In this document: positions 11,045-19,696 of the stretch, in pieces
Layout of the letters: each line of letters opens with the position of its first letter
How positions within the stretch are numbered: the stretch's first letter is position 1
Source: Promethearchaeota archaeon
Lineage (GTDB): Archaea > Asgardarchaeota > Thorarchaeia > Thorarchaeales > Thorarchaeaceae
NCBI GenBank assembly: GCA_048939765.1
Contig: JBHLPF010000030.1
Location: 3,402 to 47,445, forward strand
Direction of reading: 5' to 3'
Length of the DNA: 44,044 nt
Notes under the pieces: generated by a model
The model's database searches: none
Told to the model about the DNA's origin: nothing
The model's input: the letters and a program-made list of their open reading frames with translations, nothing else
Program-made: the position numbers and the translations under genes

Positions 11045-13732
11045 TTGGATAGTCACGCATGGAGACGCGAAATCGACAAGGTCGCTGAAATTAAAGGAAT
11101 GTTGATTCAGCTCAACAAATCTCTAGAAGACCAGACTGACAGAACCGTGCGCCATTTGTATGATACACTGGCGAAGTTCGCAAAGTTTGAGAGTGATGCA
11201 GGTTCAGCAGGTTTCATGAAAAAGAGAAAGCTGGTCGCTCAGATGGAAAAGACTGCTGGCGCTCTTGAAGAGGACTTTATGCGGGCAGTAAGGGATTTCT
11301 CAGACCTGCTGCGAAAGGAGCAACGAGAAACAGCTGCAGTCCTTCCAAAGCTTCAAGCAGAGAAACCCAATGAAGCAAAAGCAATCAGCGCGTTGACATT
11401 TCCATCTACAGGAACTGGGGATGCGAAAGACCTAGAAACCCTCTTGACATTTGCGAAGAATTTCTCAAAAATCACTCTCGGCGTTCATCAAGATCTAGCC
11501 CGAGAAGTCAAAGAGTTTCTGGACGAAAGCAAGCGGATCGTTGAGACCTATGAGAGGCATATTACCATAGACAGGGGTGAAGTCGCCTCGACTCTGTCAT
11601 ACGAAGAGGTAGCCCAACTGCCAGTCGGGGACATTATCGGACTATCTGAGAAGCTAAAGGCTGAACGCACATATCTTGACGGGCGGAAAGACGAAGTAAG
11701 CAAGATGATTGGAACTGCTTTGATGACTGAAGTAGAGTCATTGCAGGCGTCAGTTGAAACAGCATCAAGATTGGGCCTAGAGCTTCCAATGGATTTTGGA
11801 CAGCAACTCAGAATCATTGCAAGAGACTCCTCAAAGACAACGAACCTAACTTCACTCATTGCTCTGGAGAATCAGCTTCATTCCGCGAAATTGAAGATGT
11901 CGAATCTACTCCGCGACAGGATTATCAATATGAAACATGAAGTGACCTCTAAGATTGTTGAGGGAGGCATTCCTGTCACAGCTGCTATTATTCCAGAATC
12001 ACCAATTGTTGGTGTGGAGGCTGAAGATGTTGCTACTCAGCTATCCGGATATCAGAAGATGGTCGAATGGGAGTCTCAGGTCAATATCTCTCTGAAGGAC
12101 CATGTGGAAGAAGTAATCGAGGAAATTGAGAAAGCCTTGGATGCTCCAGATGATGCGGGAATCAAGGATGTCGCCAAGGTCAAAAAGTGGATTACGGACA
12201 CTAGGACGTCTTTGAAGAAGCCAACAGTTGATGGCATGGTTGCAACTTATGTGAAAGCAAATGGTATGCGTGAGGAATACCGAAAGAACATTACTGATAC
12301 CATTCGTGGATATATCACCAGATTCAATGAACTCGCTACCTCAGCAGACCGCGTGCTTGATTACGCTCAACTCAGTAAGAAAGCACCAAAGGTCGAAGAA
12401 CTTGATGGAGGTATCGTCTATCTTCTGCAGTCACTTGCTAGCCTACGTGTCGCTGTCGAAGACGGAGTTGCTACTTTCCGTGATGCATGCAAGCAAGAGA
12501 TTGAAGTGATTGTTGAGGACCTTCAGACCATCAAGCCTGCATACGCGGAAATCTTCATGCCAATCATTACCGAGCTAGACGAAGGCTCCATGCGGATTGA
12601 GAAACTCAACGATTTCGGCGAAATCAGGTCCGAGATGAGAACAATCAAGGACACAATTCTTGTTAAGGCGCAAGAGTCATTGGAGAATCTCCGCTACAGG
12701 CTTGGAGTCAAGATTCGACTCGCAGCAGCCAAGCTGATGGGAGCTGGTGTTGAGATTCCAAAGGAAGCTCAAGAGGCAATCAGCGAATTGAACAGCGTCG
12801 GTGTGGCTGCTGACACGGTCTTTAGTCTACCTGCAATCGCGAGGAAAATGATTGAACTCTATGAGCACAAGATAAGCGCAGAAGTCATAGAATCACTGAA
12901 GGAAGAGGTCGCCAAACTTCAGAAATCATTTGATCAAGCAGACGCGATTGGAGTCCCAGTCAAGGATGAGCTCAAACTGCTAAAGAAATTGCGAGAGACT
13001 CCTCCGGAAGAACTGGAATCTGCAGCTGATTCGTTTGATCAACTCATGGGCCTGACAACCTCGCCAGACGTACACAAGAAGATTAGGACACGAGCAGAAG
13101 AGGCCTACCGCCAGATTCAAGGCGCTGTTTCCATCTTTGAAGAACAAGGTATGTCTGACTTCGTTGGGCGCCTAAAAGGACTATTGGAGCAAGTTCCAGA
13201 CCAACTCAGCAAGGATTCAAAGCACATCTTCGAAGTGCTTGATGTCTGTCTCACATTGGCAAACATCCAAGATGAAATGTTGCAGGTCATAAAGGGTATT
13301 GCAACCAAGGATGGAGAAGTTCATCAAGAAGAAATCAAGAAGCAATCGGAGTATTACTCGACAATTGAAGCAGTCTACGAAAAGCATCCCAAGGACTTCA
13401 GCAAGCTCATCTTCCCGCTCGAGAAGCTCCGGAAGCTTGAAACTGACCTAGCTGAGGCCACGGTTCTTGAGGACGCCATTAAGGACTTCAACGAGCTCAA
13501 GGGACTTCGATTGGAATGGGTCGAGAAAGCAGGAAAGATGGATGACTGGCATAAATCCATGAAGGTATTCATAACCGGTTTCAGTCCATCAGCAACGCCT
13601 GACCAACGTGAGACTTTCGTCACTGACGCAGTCAAGAAGGTCAAGGAAACATACAGTAGAGAGGACATCAGTTCCTATCTGACATGGGCGATTCGTGAAA
13701 TCACAGACAAAATGGTGGAGAAAAGAGGTTAG
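11045..13732 (+). CDS. Large all-alpha coiled-coil / helical-repeat protein of unknown function
   Basis: 895-aa ORF, E/K/L/A-rich heptad character throughout, no TM and no Walker A. Recurring helix-G-hydrophobic turns (RLGLELP, EGGIPV, GAGVEIP, AIGVPV). Good SD. Confidence 0.85.
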   Translation: MDSHAWRREIDKVAEIKGMLIQLNKSLEDQTDRTVRHLYDTLAKFAKFESDAGSAGFMKKRKLVAQMEKTAGALEEDFMRAVRDFSDLLRKEQRETAAVLPKLQAEKPNEAKAISALTFPSTGTGDAKDLETLLTFAKNFSKITLGVHQDLAREVKEFLDESKRIVETYERHITIDRGEVASTLSYEEVAQLPVGDIIGLSEKLKAERTYLDGRKDEVSKMIGTALMTEVESLQASVETASRLGLELPMDFGQQLRIIARDSSKTTNLTSLIALENQLHSAKLKMSNLLRDRIINMKHEVTSKIVEGGIPVTAAIIPESPIVGVEAEDVATQLSGYQKMVEWESQVNISLKDHVEEVIEEIEKALDAPDDAGIKDVAKVKKWITDTRTSLKKPTVDGMVATYVKANGMREEYRKNITDTIRGYITRFNELATSADRVLDYAQLSKKAPKVEELDGGIVYLLQSLASLRVAVEDGVATFRDACKQEIEVIVEDLQTIKPAYAEIFMPIITELDEGSMRIEKLNDFGEIRSEMRTIKDTILVKAQESLENLRYRLGVKIRLAAAKLMGAGVEIPKEAQEAISELNSVGVAADTVFSLPAIARKMIELYEHKISAEVIESLKEEVAKLQKSFDQADAIGVPVKDELKLLKKLRETPPEELESAADSFDQLMGLTTSPDVHKKIRTRAEEAYRQIQGAVSIFEEQGMSDFVGRLKGLLEQVPDQLSKDSKHIFEVLDVCLTLANIQDEMLQVIKGIATKDGEVHQEEIKKQSEYYSTIEAVYEKHPKDFSKLIFPLEKLRKLETDLAEATVLEDAIKDFNELKGLRLEWVEKAGKMDDWHKSMKVFITGFSPSATPDQRETFVTDAVKKVKETYSREDISSYLTWAIREITDKMVEKRG

Positions 13733-13751
13733 CTGAAAGGGGACACAAACA

Positions 13752-15137
13752 ATGCTACGAGGAACATCGAGTGATGATGATCTGACAAAGGCCGCGGAGG
13801 TCTTTGCAATTGGGATTGGAGAGTGTGGGAGTAATATTGTAGGCTCCTATCTGAAAGCCAGTAAGGACAGGCAACTGCCTTCCAGAGTCAGAGGCTACTT
13901 GCTCATGAACACCGACAGAGCTGACCTCACCAAGGTGCGGCAAAAATACGGCATCCCCAAGGAGCATACAATGCTCTACGGTGCATCAGAGATAGGCGTT
14001 GGTGGAAGATTCATGGACGGATATAATGCTGTCATTGAGTCGAAGGACATCATCTTCGAGCAGCTCAAAGACCTAGGATTCGAAGGAGTCTCGGGCTTCT
14101 GCATTTTCACGAGCCTTGGCGGCGGTACAGGTTGCGGCGGGACACCCGCCATAATCGAACTGCTAAAGCAGAGATTCCAAGAAGAAGAAGGCCGCCGAAT
14201 CTTTGTGTACGTTGTAGGCATCCTACCATTCGAAGGACAGTCGAGTGAGGCGCTGAACTCGATCTGGGCTGTATCCCGTCTTCTTAGAGCACAGCTCCAA
14301 GAACGTGGAGCAGACCTTACTATTCTCCTGAGCAATAGGACTATGCTGAAGCGAATCCTCCAATCAAGAGGAGCTGATAGCGTCGACTATCTTCAACGTG
14401 AGCTAGAGATCGACATTGCCAATATCAACCAGATTGAGAGCATGGTGCCATCCACTCTGGATGAGGGCGGCGAACTAGAGGCTCGAACTGAACAGGCATT
14501 TGTTGAGTTGGTAAACCCGCTCGCACTGGATGTTGTCGAGGCAATGCTCTCGCCAGGTGTGTATGAACCTCACAAGGATGTGTTCCCGACAACAGACCTT
14601 GCGGACTATGCGAGAAAGCTTGACCCTGTCGTTGTCCCAGCGCTTTACACAGACGTTGGATTGATACCGGACGCAGGCAGCATGCCGAAGCAGCTCAAGA
14701 CAATGATGGATTTTGCAGTGAAAGAATGCTCCTATGCTGATGTAGGTGCAGAGCCAAATGCAGAGAGTGTATACTATGTCTTCTCTGGCCCAAGGCACAT
14801 CTCCAAAGCTGAATACGGAATGCACCTGAAGGAAGCACTCAATGGATTCATTGCTCCTGGAGCTGCGATCACTCCATGTTATGTTACATATACCACCAAA
14901 GATCCTTCTACCAACCTCCTTGTCCTTCTGGGTCTACCAAAGATTCCAGAGCTTGTACAAATCATCAACGAGGCAACCCAACTCGTTAATCTTCACAGCG
15001 GTTCTTCACCGCTCAAGCAGGGGTGGTTCATGCGGGCTAAGGGAACAAGTAGAAAAGAGCTTGTTGATGCCATTGCGGACTTCCGTGAGCTGTTCTCATA
15101 CTACATGACACCCGGTGATGCAGCTGAACCGATGTAG
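13752..15137 (+). CDS. Tubulin/FtsZ superfamily GTPase, divergent, with tubulin-like C-terminal helices
   Basis: T1 IGIGECGSNI, T2 NTDRADL, T3 GVGG, T4 signature SLGGGTGCG (GGGTGCG at 14118-14138), T5 LPFEG, T7 TDLAD, and C-terminal WF...G....EL.DA..D...L...Y. Confidence 0.92.
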   Translation: MLRGTSSDDDLTKAAEVFAIGIGECGSNIVGSYLKASKDRQLPSRVRGYLLMNTDRADLTKVRQKYGIPKEHTMLYGASEIGVGGRFMDGYNAVIESKDIIFEQLKDLGFEGVSGFCIFTSLGGGTGCGGTPAIIELLKQRFQEEEGRRIFVYVVGILPFEGQSSEALNSIWAVSRLLRAQLQERGADLTILLSNRTMLKRILQSRGADSVDYLQRELEIDIANINQIESMVPSTLDEGGELEARTEQAFVELVNPLALDVVEAMLSPGVYEPHKDVFPTTDLADYARKLDPVVVPALYTDVGLIPDAGSMPKQLKTMMDFAVKECSYADVGAEPNAESVYYVFSGPRHISKAEYGMHLKEALNGFIAPGAAITPCYVTYTTKDPSTNLLVLLGLPKIPELVQIINEATQLVNLHSGSSPLKQGWFMRAKGTSRKELVDAIADFRELFSYYMTPGDAAEPM

Positions 15138-15156
15138 ATGATGGGATGGTGCGGAC

Positions 15157-16251
15157 TTGACTGAAGGAACCAACATTGCAGAGGACCTCCTTGACAGAGT
15201 TCTCTTGATAGTGACCTTGAATTCAACTCTCCTTCATTTTCTTCTAAGCACCCAGGTAGATGGTACAGTTGATCCCGATAGAGTGGACTCCTTGATTCAA
15301 GGCCTCCTCAGGACTCGTCGATGGATGGAAGAAGCGACTGAACTGAAGAACATCACTCCATCCACACAGAACATCATTAGTCTAATAGTCAAAAGGCTTT
15401 CCCAGATTGAGAGCCTGTTGCCGAAGCTATCAGCAAGAGCAAAAGAGGCTGAAGCAAAAGGAGCTCCAGCTGCAGAGATCATCTCTTTCTTGGATGATGG
15501 CGCTAAAGCGTCTACGACTACAGCTATCAAGACCTCTGGAACGCCAACGGCTGCCACGAAGAAGACAGCAGCAACACCAGATTCCGGTGTCATTCCTCTT
15601 GTTGGTGAAGAAGAGGAAGTCCCTGTAGAGCCTTACCGAAAAGTCGAGGTTGAAAACGACGAATGGGGCTTGATAGGGCAGATGCAGAGGATGATTACTC
15701 AATATAGCAAGAGATGCCATGTCCTGCTGCCTACATTCTGGATTGATACTCTTCGCGAACTCCACAAGTATAGATCCGACTCGCCATTCTATGGAGATGT
15801 GATTGAACTCCCGGGTCGGGTTATTGTTAGAATCGTAAAGGGACTTCTCACTGAAGCTCCAGGAGCAAGGCTTCTTCAAGATCTATCCAAGAAGCGCCCA
15901 CAGGAAAACTATCTGAATCCCTCAGAGATGGAGCGGATTGAACGTGCTGTGGCTAGGTACTTTGCAGGCGTGGTGGATGTTCTAACTGAAGGCGAATTCA
16001 ATGTGGATGAAAAGATTGGAGAGGCTCACGCAAGCTTCGACAGCTTTGGTTGGGGAGGTCCTGAGCTAGAGAAACGAATCATCAAGAGGATAAATCAACA
16101 GGTCCAAGAAGCAATCCAAAATGCGGAATCGGCCAGTGATCCTCCAAGACAAGTGATTTATTCCGAGATTGCTAAACTATTGACAAAGTTGCAGCATGCA
16201 ATCCTTGCAGAGCCTAGATTGAGAGAGATTCTGGCTCAAATGAAGCCGTGA
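15157..16251 (+). CDS. Hypothetical helical protein, third gene of the tubulin-like operon
   Basis: 364-aa ORF 19 bp after the tubulin-like stop (TTG start). Two helical regions joined by an A/T/K/P low-complexity linker and an acidic EEEE patch. Confidence 0.75.
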   Translation: MTEGTNIAEDLLDRVLLIVTLNSTLLHFLLSTQVDGTVDPDRVDSLIQGLLRTRRWMEEATELKNITPSTQNIISLIVKRLSQIESLLPKLSARAKEAEAKGAPAAEIISFLDDGAKASTTTAIKTSGTPTAATKKTAATPDSGVIPLVGEEEEVPVEPYRKVEVENDEWGLIGQMQRMITQYSKRCHVLLPTFWIDTLRELHKYRSDSPFYGDVIELPGRVIVRIVKGLLTEAPGARLLQDLSKKRPQENYLNPSEMERIERAVARYFAGVVDVLTEGEFNVDEKIGEAHASFDSFGWGGPELEKRIIKRINQQVQEAIQNAESASDPPRQVIYSEIAKLLTKLQHAILAEPRLREILAQMKP

Positions 16252-16326
16252 GAGATTGTTAGCGCAGCAGCACATTGGATATAAGGGGCAACACCGTGGA
16301 CCATTCAAGACAGTTGAGGGAAGCCT

Positions 16327-17733
16327 ATGTCCGGTCTCAAGACAATGCTTAATCCGAATGTCACTGCTGTGGTTGGAGTTTCAACATCCAACCCATTTTC
16401 CCCAGGAAATGTTATCTTCAGGAAACTCGCCTTTGAGAACGGCCTGCCTACATATCCGATAAATCCCAAAGGAGGACTTGTCGAGGGGAAGCAGGTCTAC
16501 AAGAGTATTAGTGAAGCACCCGATGACATCGAACTTGTCGTGATTTCAGTACCGGCAAAATACGTACCTGGTGTTCTACAACAATGTGCTGATAAGCGGA
16601 TAAAGTCTGTAATAGTGGTCTCAGGAGGATTCAGCGAAGTTGGAGAGTCAGGAGCGTCGCTTCAAGATGAAATTGTGGAGATTGCGAACAACAATGGAAT
16701 TTCAATGGTTGGTCCTAACTGCATTGGCGTCTTTGTGCCGGATCAGATAGATACATTCTTTCTGCCATCTGAACGTGTTGCGCGTCCCAGAAGGGGAAAT
16801 GTGGCAATCATCAGTCAGAGCGGCGGATGGTTAGTGGAGCGACTGGAGGAGTTTGCCGCGAGAGATGTTGGTATCGCAGCAGCCATCTCTATCGGCAATC
16901 AAGCCCAGACAAATGTCACTGACTTCGTGAGATATTTCGGGGATGATAAGAAAGTTGATGTCATTTTAGCTTATGTCGAAGGGTTTGGCAAAGATGAAGG
17001 AAGAGTATTCGTAGAAACCTGTTCTGAGATTGCTCCCAAGAAGCCGGTAATTGTGCTGAAAGGAGGCGAGTCAGAGGCAGGTCATAGAGCAACGCAGAGT
17101 CATACCTCGTCACTCGCTGGAGATATGGCAATTACAGAAGCGGCATTTGAGCAATTTGGAGTGATTCATGCGATTGATGAAGACGAGGTAATGGCGTATT
17201 CAAAGGTGTTCTCAAGCAGACCAAAACTGATGATAGGATTGGGTGTGGGAACAATGACTGTGAGCGGTGGTCACGGAGTGATAGCAAGTGATGAGGCTGC
17301 TCATTACGGTCTGGTTTTTCCAGCATTCACGAAAGAACAACAGGAAAGTATGAGAAGCGTCATGACACCGGCATACCAGGGGATTGCATCATTTAGAAAT
17401 CCAATTGATCTCACCGGAAGTGCCTCGGATGTCGATTACGAGCGGGTTCTAGATGTAATGCTTGCTTTCGAATCCATTGATGCAGCGTTGCTGCTGCTCC
17501 TCCCCTATGCTCCAGGAATATCTCTTCAGATAGGTGCTAGAGTCGCGAACGTTGCTAAGAAACATGCGAAGACTGTGGTTTCATATGTGCCAAACCTGGA
17601 TAAGTATGAAGTCATTATCCGGGGTTTCGAGCTGAATGGAGTTCCTGTAGCGGATACAATTGAAGAGGCAGTACAGATGCTAAATGGAATTCGGAAACGC
17701 TCAAAATATCTAAAGAGAATTGGGGCGCTCTAA
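16327..17733 (+). CDS. acdA: Acetate/acyl-CoA ligase (ADP-forming), alpha subunit
   Basis: CoA-binding domain (YPINPK, VVSGGFSEVG, GPNCIG), ISQSGG, SIGNQ, phospho-His motif SHTSSLAG and NPIDLTG. Confidence 0.88.
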   Translation: MSGLKTMLNPNVTAVVGVSTSNPFSPGNVIFRKLAFENGLPTYPINPKGGLVEGKQVYKSISEAPDDIELVVISVPAKYVPGVLQQCADKRIKSVIVVSGGFSEVGESGASLQDEIVEIANNNGISMVGPNCIGVFVPDQIDTFFLPSERVARPRRGNVAIISQSGGWLVERLEEFAARDVGIAAAISIGNQAQTNVTDFVRYFGDDKKVDVILAYVEGFGKDEGRVFVETCSEIAPKKPVIVLKGGESEAGHRATQSHTSSLAGDMAITEAAFEQFGVIHAIDEDEVMAYSKVFSSRPKLMIGLGVGTMTVSGGHGVIASDEAAHYGLVFPAFTKEQQESMRSVMTPAYQGIASFRNPIDLTGSASDVDYERVLDVMLAFESIDAALLLLLPYAPGISLQIGARVANVAKKHAKTVVSYVPNLDKYEVIIRGFELNGVPVADTIEEAVQMLNGIRKRSKYLKRIGAL

Positions 17734-18854
17734 CCCGCAATCTTCCTGTAGTCTATATCTAAGGATTTGAGGGCTTCGACTAGCTGACCACTTAGAATCA
17801 GAGGTCTCTCAGCTAGATCATCAACCCCGCTACAACCAGTCAGGTACATCGCAACCTTCAGACTCTCCAGAATTCGTTCTATCTCAACAACCACATCAAG
17901 GACAGAGCCCATTGCCGCAGGTCTCAGCAAAGGATGGGCAACGCCAGCTGCGATGGCACCCAGAGATAGGGACTTCGCGACATCGAGGCCATTTCGAATC
18001 CCGCCAGTTGCGATTACATCAAGCTCGGTTGCATCACGAACCATAATGACGCTAAGTGCAGTAGGTATGCCCCAGTCCCAAAAATCAAGTCCAAGCTGTG
18101 CTTTCAAGTCATCATCTTCCTTGACCGCCCTGAAGTATTCGACCGCAGCCCAGCTAGTCCCACCTGCACCTCCGACATCAATAGCATCCACCCCGACAGA
18201 TTCTAGTGCTTGAGCCACCTCACCAGAGATCCCAGCTCCAGTCTCCTTCACAAGCACGGGAACGTCAACTGAATCCACTATGGAGGCAATGTTCTCCAAT
18301 ACGCCTTCTGAATTTGAATCACCCTCGGGCTGAATTGCTTCTTGCAGTGGATTAAGATGGATAGCGAGAATGTCCGCATCAATCATCTCTATGGCGTCAG
18401 GAGCCACATCAACATGAGTTGCCCCAATGTTAGCAATCACTGGGACGGATGGGGCTGTCTCTCTCACGACTCGGAATGTATCTGCGAGTGAAGGATCCTC
18501 TACTGCAGCCCTTTGACTGCCAACTCCAATCGGTATTCTGAGCTCTTCTGCGGCGCCTGCTAGCTTCTTGTTGATGTCATATGTCTTAGGGTGGCCGCCA
18601 GTCATAGCTGCAATGACAAGGGGAGCGTGAGCCCTCAGTCCCAAGAAGTTCGTCGTGAGGTCAATCTTGTCCTTGTCTATCTCAGGCAATGCATTGTGAA
18701 CGAGGTTGATATGCTCAAACATTGTAGACTGTCGGCATTGCACGTCCTCTTCAAGACATATCTCGATATGCTCAATTTTCCGTCTTCGTGTCGTAGAAGA
18801 TTCCGAAATATCATCCTCTAATGTGCTGTCTGCAAGTGGCTCTCCTTTCGCCAT
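17730..18854 (-). CDS. fni: Type 2 isopentenyl-diphosphate delta-isomerase (FMN-dependent)
   Basis: RKIEHI, AMTGG, GVGSQRA, ANIG, HLNPLQEAIQPEGD, KETGAG, GAGGTSWAAVE, WGIPT and TGGIRNG. Confidence 0.97.
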   Translation of the reverse strand: MAKGEPLADSTLEDDISESSTTRRRKIEHIEICLEEDVQCRQSTMFEHINLVHNALPEIDKDKIDLTTNFLGLRAHAPLVIAAMTGGHPKTYDINKKLAGAAEELRIPIGVGSQRAAVEDPSLADTFRVVRETAPSVPVIANIGATHVDVAPDAIEMIDADILAIHLNPLQEAIQPEGDSNSEGVLENIASIVDSVDVPVLVKETGAGISGEVAQALESVGVDAIDVGGAGGTSWAAVEYFRAVKEDDDLKAQLGLDFWDWGIPTALSVIMVRDATELDVIATGGIRNGLDVAKSLSLGAIAAGVAHPLLRPAAMGSVLDVVVEIERILESLKVAMYLTGCSGVDDLAERPLILSGQLVEALKSLDIDYRKIAG

Positions 18855-19088
18855 GGGGTCATCTCCCTGTGAACGAACTGTGTACGAGGATGTTGATAGC
18901 CATTTTGGTTGAGACTACTTTCGTTTACCTACTGCTTCTATACGGATGTTTCATTCAAAGTCACAAAGGTAGAAGTGTGGTATAGAACATGGAAGACGAG
19001 TCGGAGTTCAGAGTAGAATCCCCAGCCCAGGAGGAGAAGGAAAAGATTGAACTTCATAGGAACTCTACTTCGCGAGTTCCTCTAGTAC

Positions 19089-19547
19089 CTAGAAATCACT
19101 CTCAGCAAGATAGCTCCAACCAGATGCAACCATCTTTCGCTTATCCTTTTGCCACGAGTCGTATCCTTCATCACGAATCTTATGCAATGATGGTAATGCC
19201 CATGGTCGAGCCTTTAGTTCCGAACAAGATTCTATCCGAATGCAGTCGAGGCATGTCCGATATCCTCTATCAATTGAACACGATCTTACTTTGCAGTCTG
19301 GGATTCCTCCCCCCTTACGACAGCCTCTGCAGCCGTCAAAATCATCTTTTACCCCATCAAGCACCTTCTCATACCTTTCTAGATGCATTCGGACTGATTC
19401 GTCTTCGCCGATTTCTGCTGCACGCCTTTTAGATGGAGCTAGCACACTCTGAAGGTCGTCAACGCCATGCACAAATTTGCTTTGGTGTATGTCACAGCCT
19501 GGACAATAGAGACCACAATATGAGGTCAAATCATCAGAGCTAGGCAT
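19089..19547 (-). CDS. Cys-rich DUF3795-like protein (putative Fe-S/Zn binding)
   Basis: YCGLYCPGC ... CRGCR ... C.VRSC...RGYRTCLDC....C pattern. ATG 19547 is preceded by AGGTGA SD (ORF track starts at GTG 19556). Confidence 0.82.
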   Translation of the reverse strand: MPSSDDLTSYCGLYCPGCDIHQSKFVHGVDDLQSVLAPSKRRAAEIGEDESVRMHLERYEKVLDGVKDDFDGCRGCRKGGGIPDCKVRSCSIDRGYRTCLDCIRIESCSELKARPWALPSLHKIRDEGYDSWQKDKRKMVASGWSYLAESDF

Positions 19548-19696
19548 ACGACTCACCTAAGCAAGGTATAGACATTAGTTCAAGATAAACCTTCTAACTC
19601 AGGTGTTCATGCAATTGATTCCTTAGCACAGCATTATTAACAGCTTCAGCCAACACAACTTAGACGCTTCAGGCATGTATTCGGAGGCTTGTTGTC

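Noticed and set aside
11045-13732. SMC/Rad50 or dynamin-like annotation
   Set aside because: No Walker A/B, ABC signature or GTPase motifs.
13752-15137. Calling the GTPase ftsZ, cetZ or a bona fide alpha/beta tubulin
   Set aside because: Motifs are mixed: it lacks FtsZ GGGG.N and NxDFAD as well as tubulin DLEP and GNNWAKG. Only superfamily level is supportable without a phylogeny.
18989-19432. 147-aa + strand ORF
   Set aside because: Antisense shadow of the Cys-rich DUF3795-like gene; no recognisable features.
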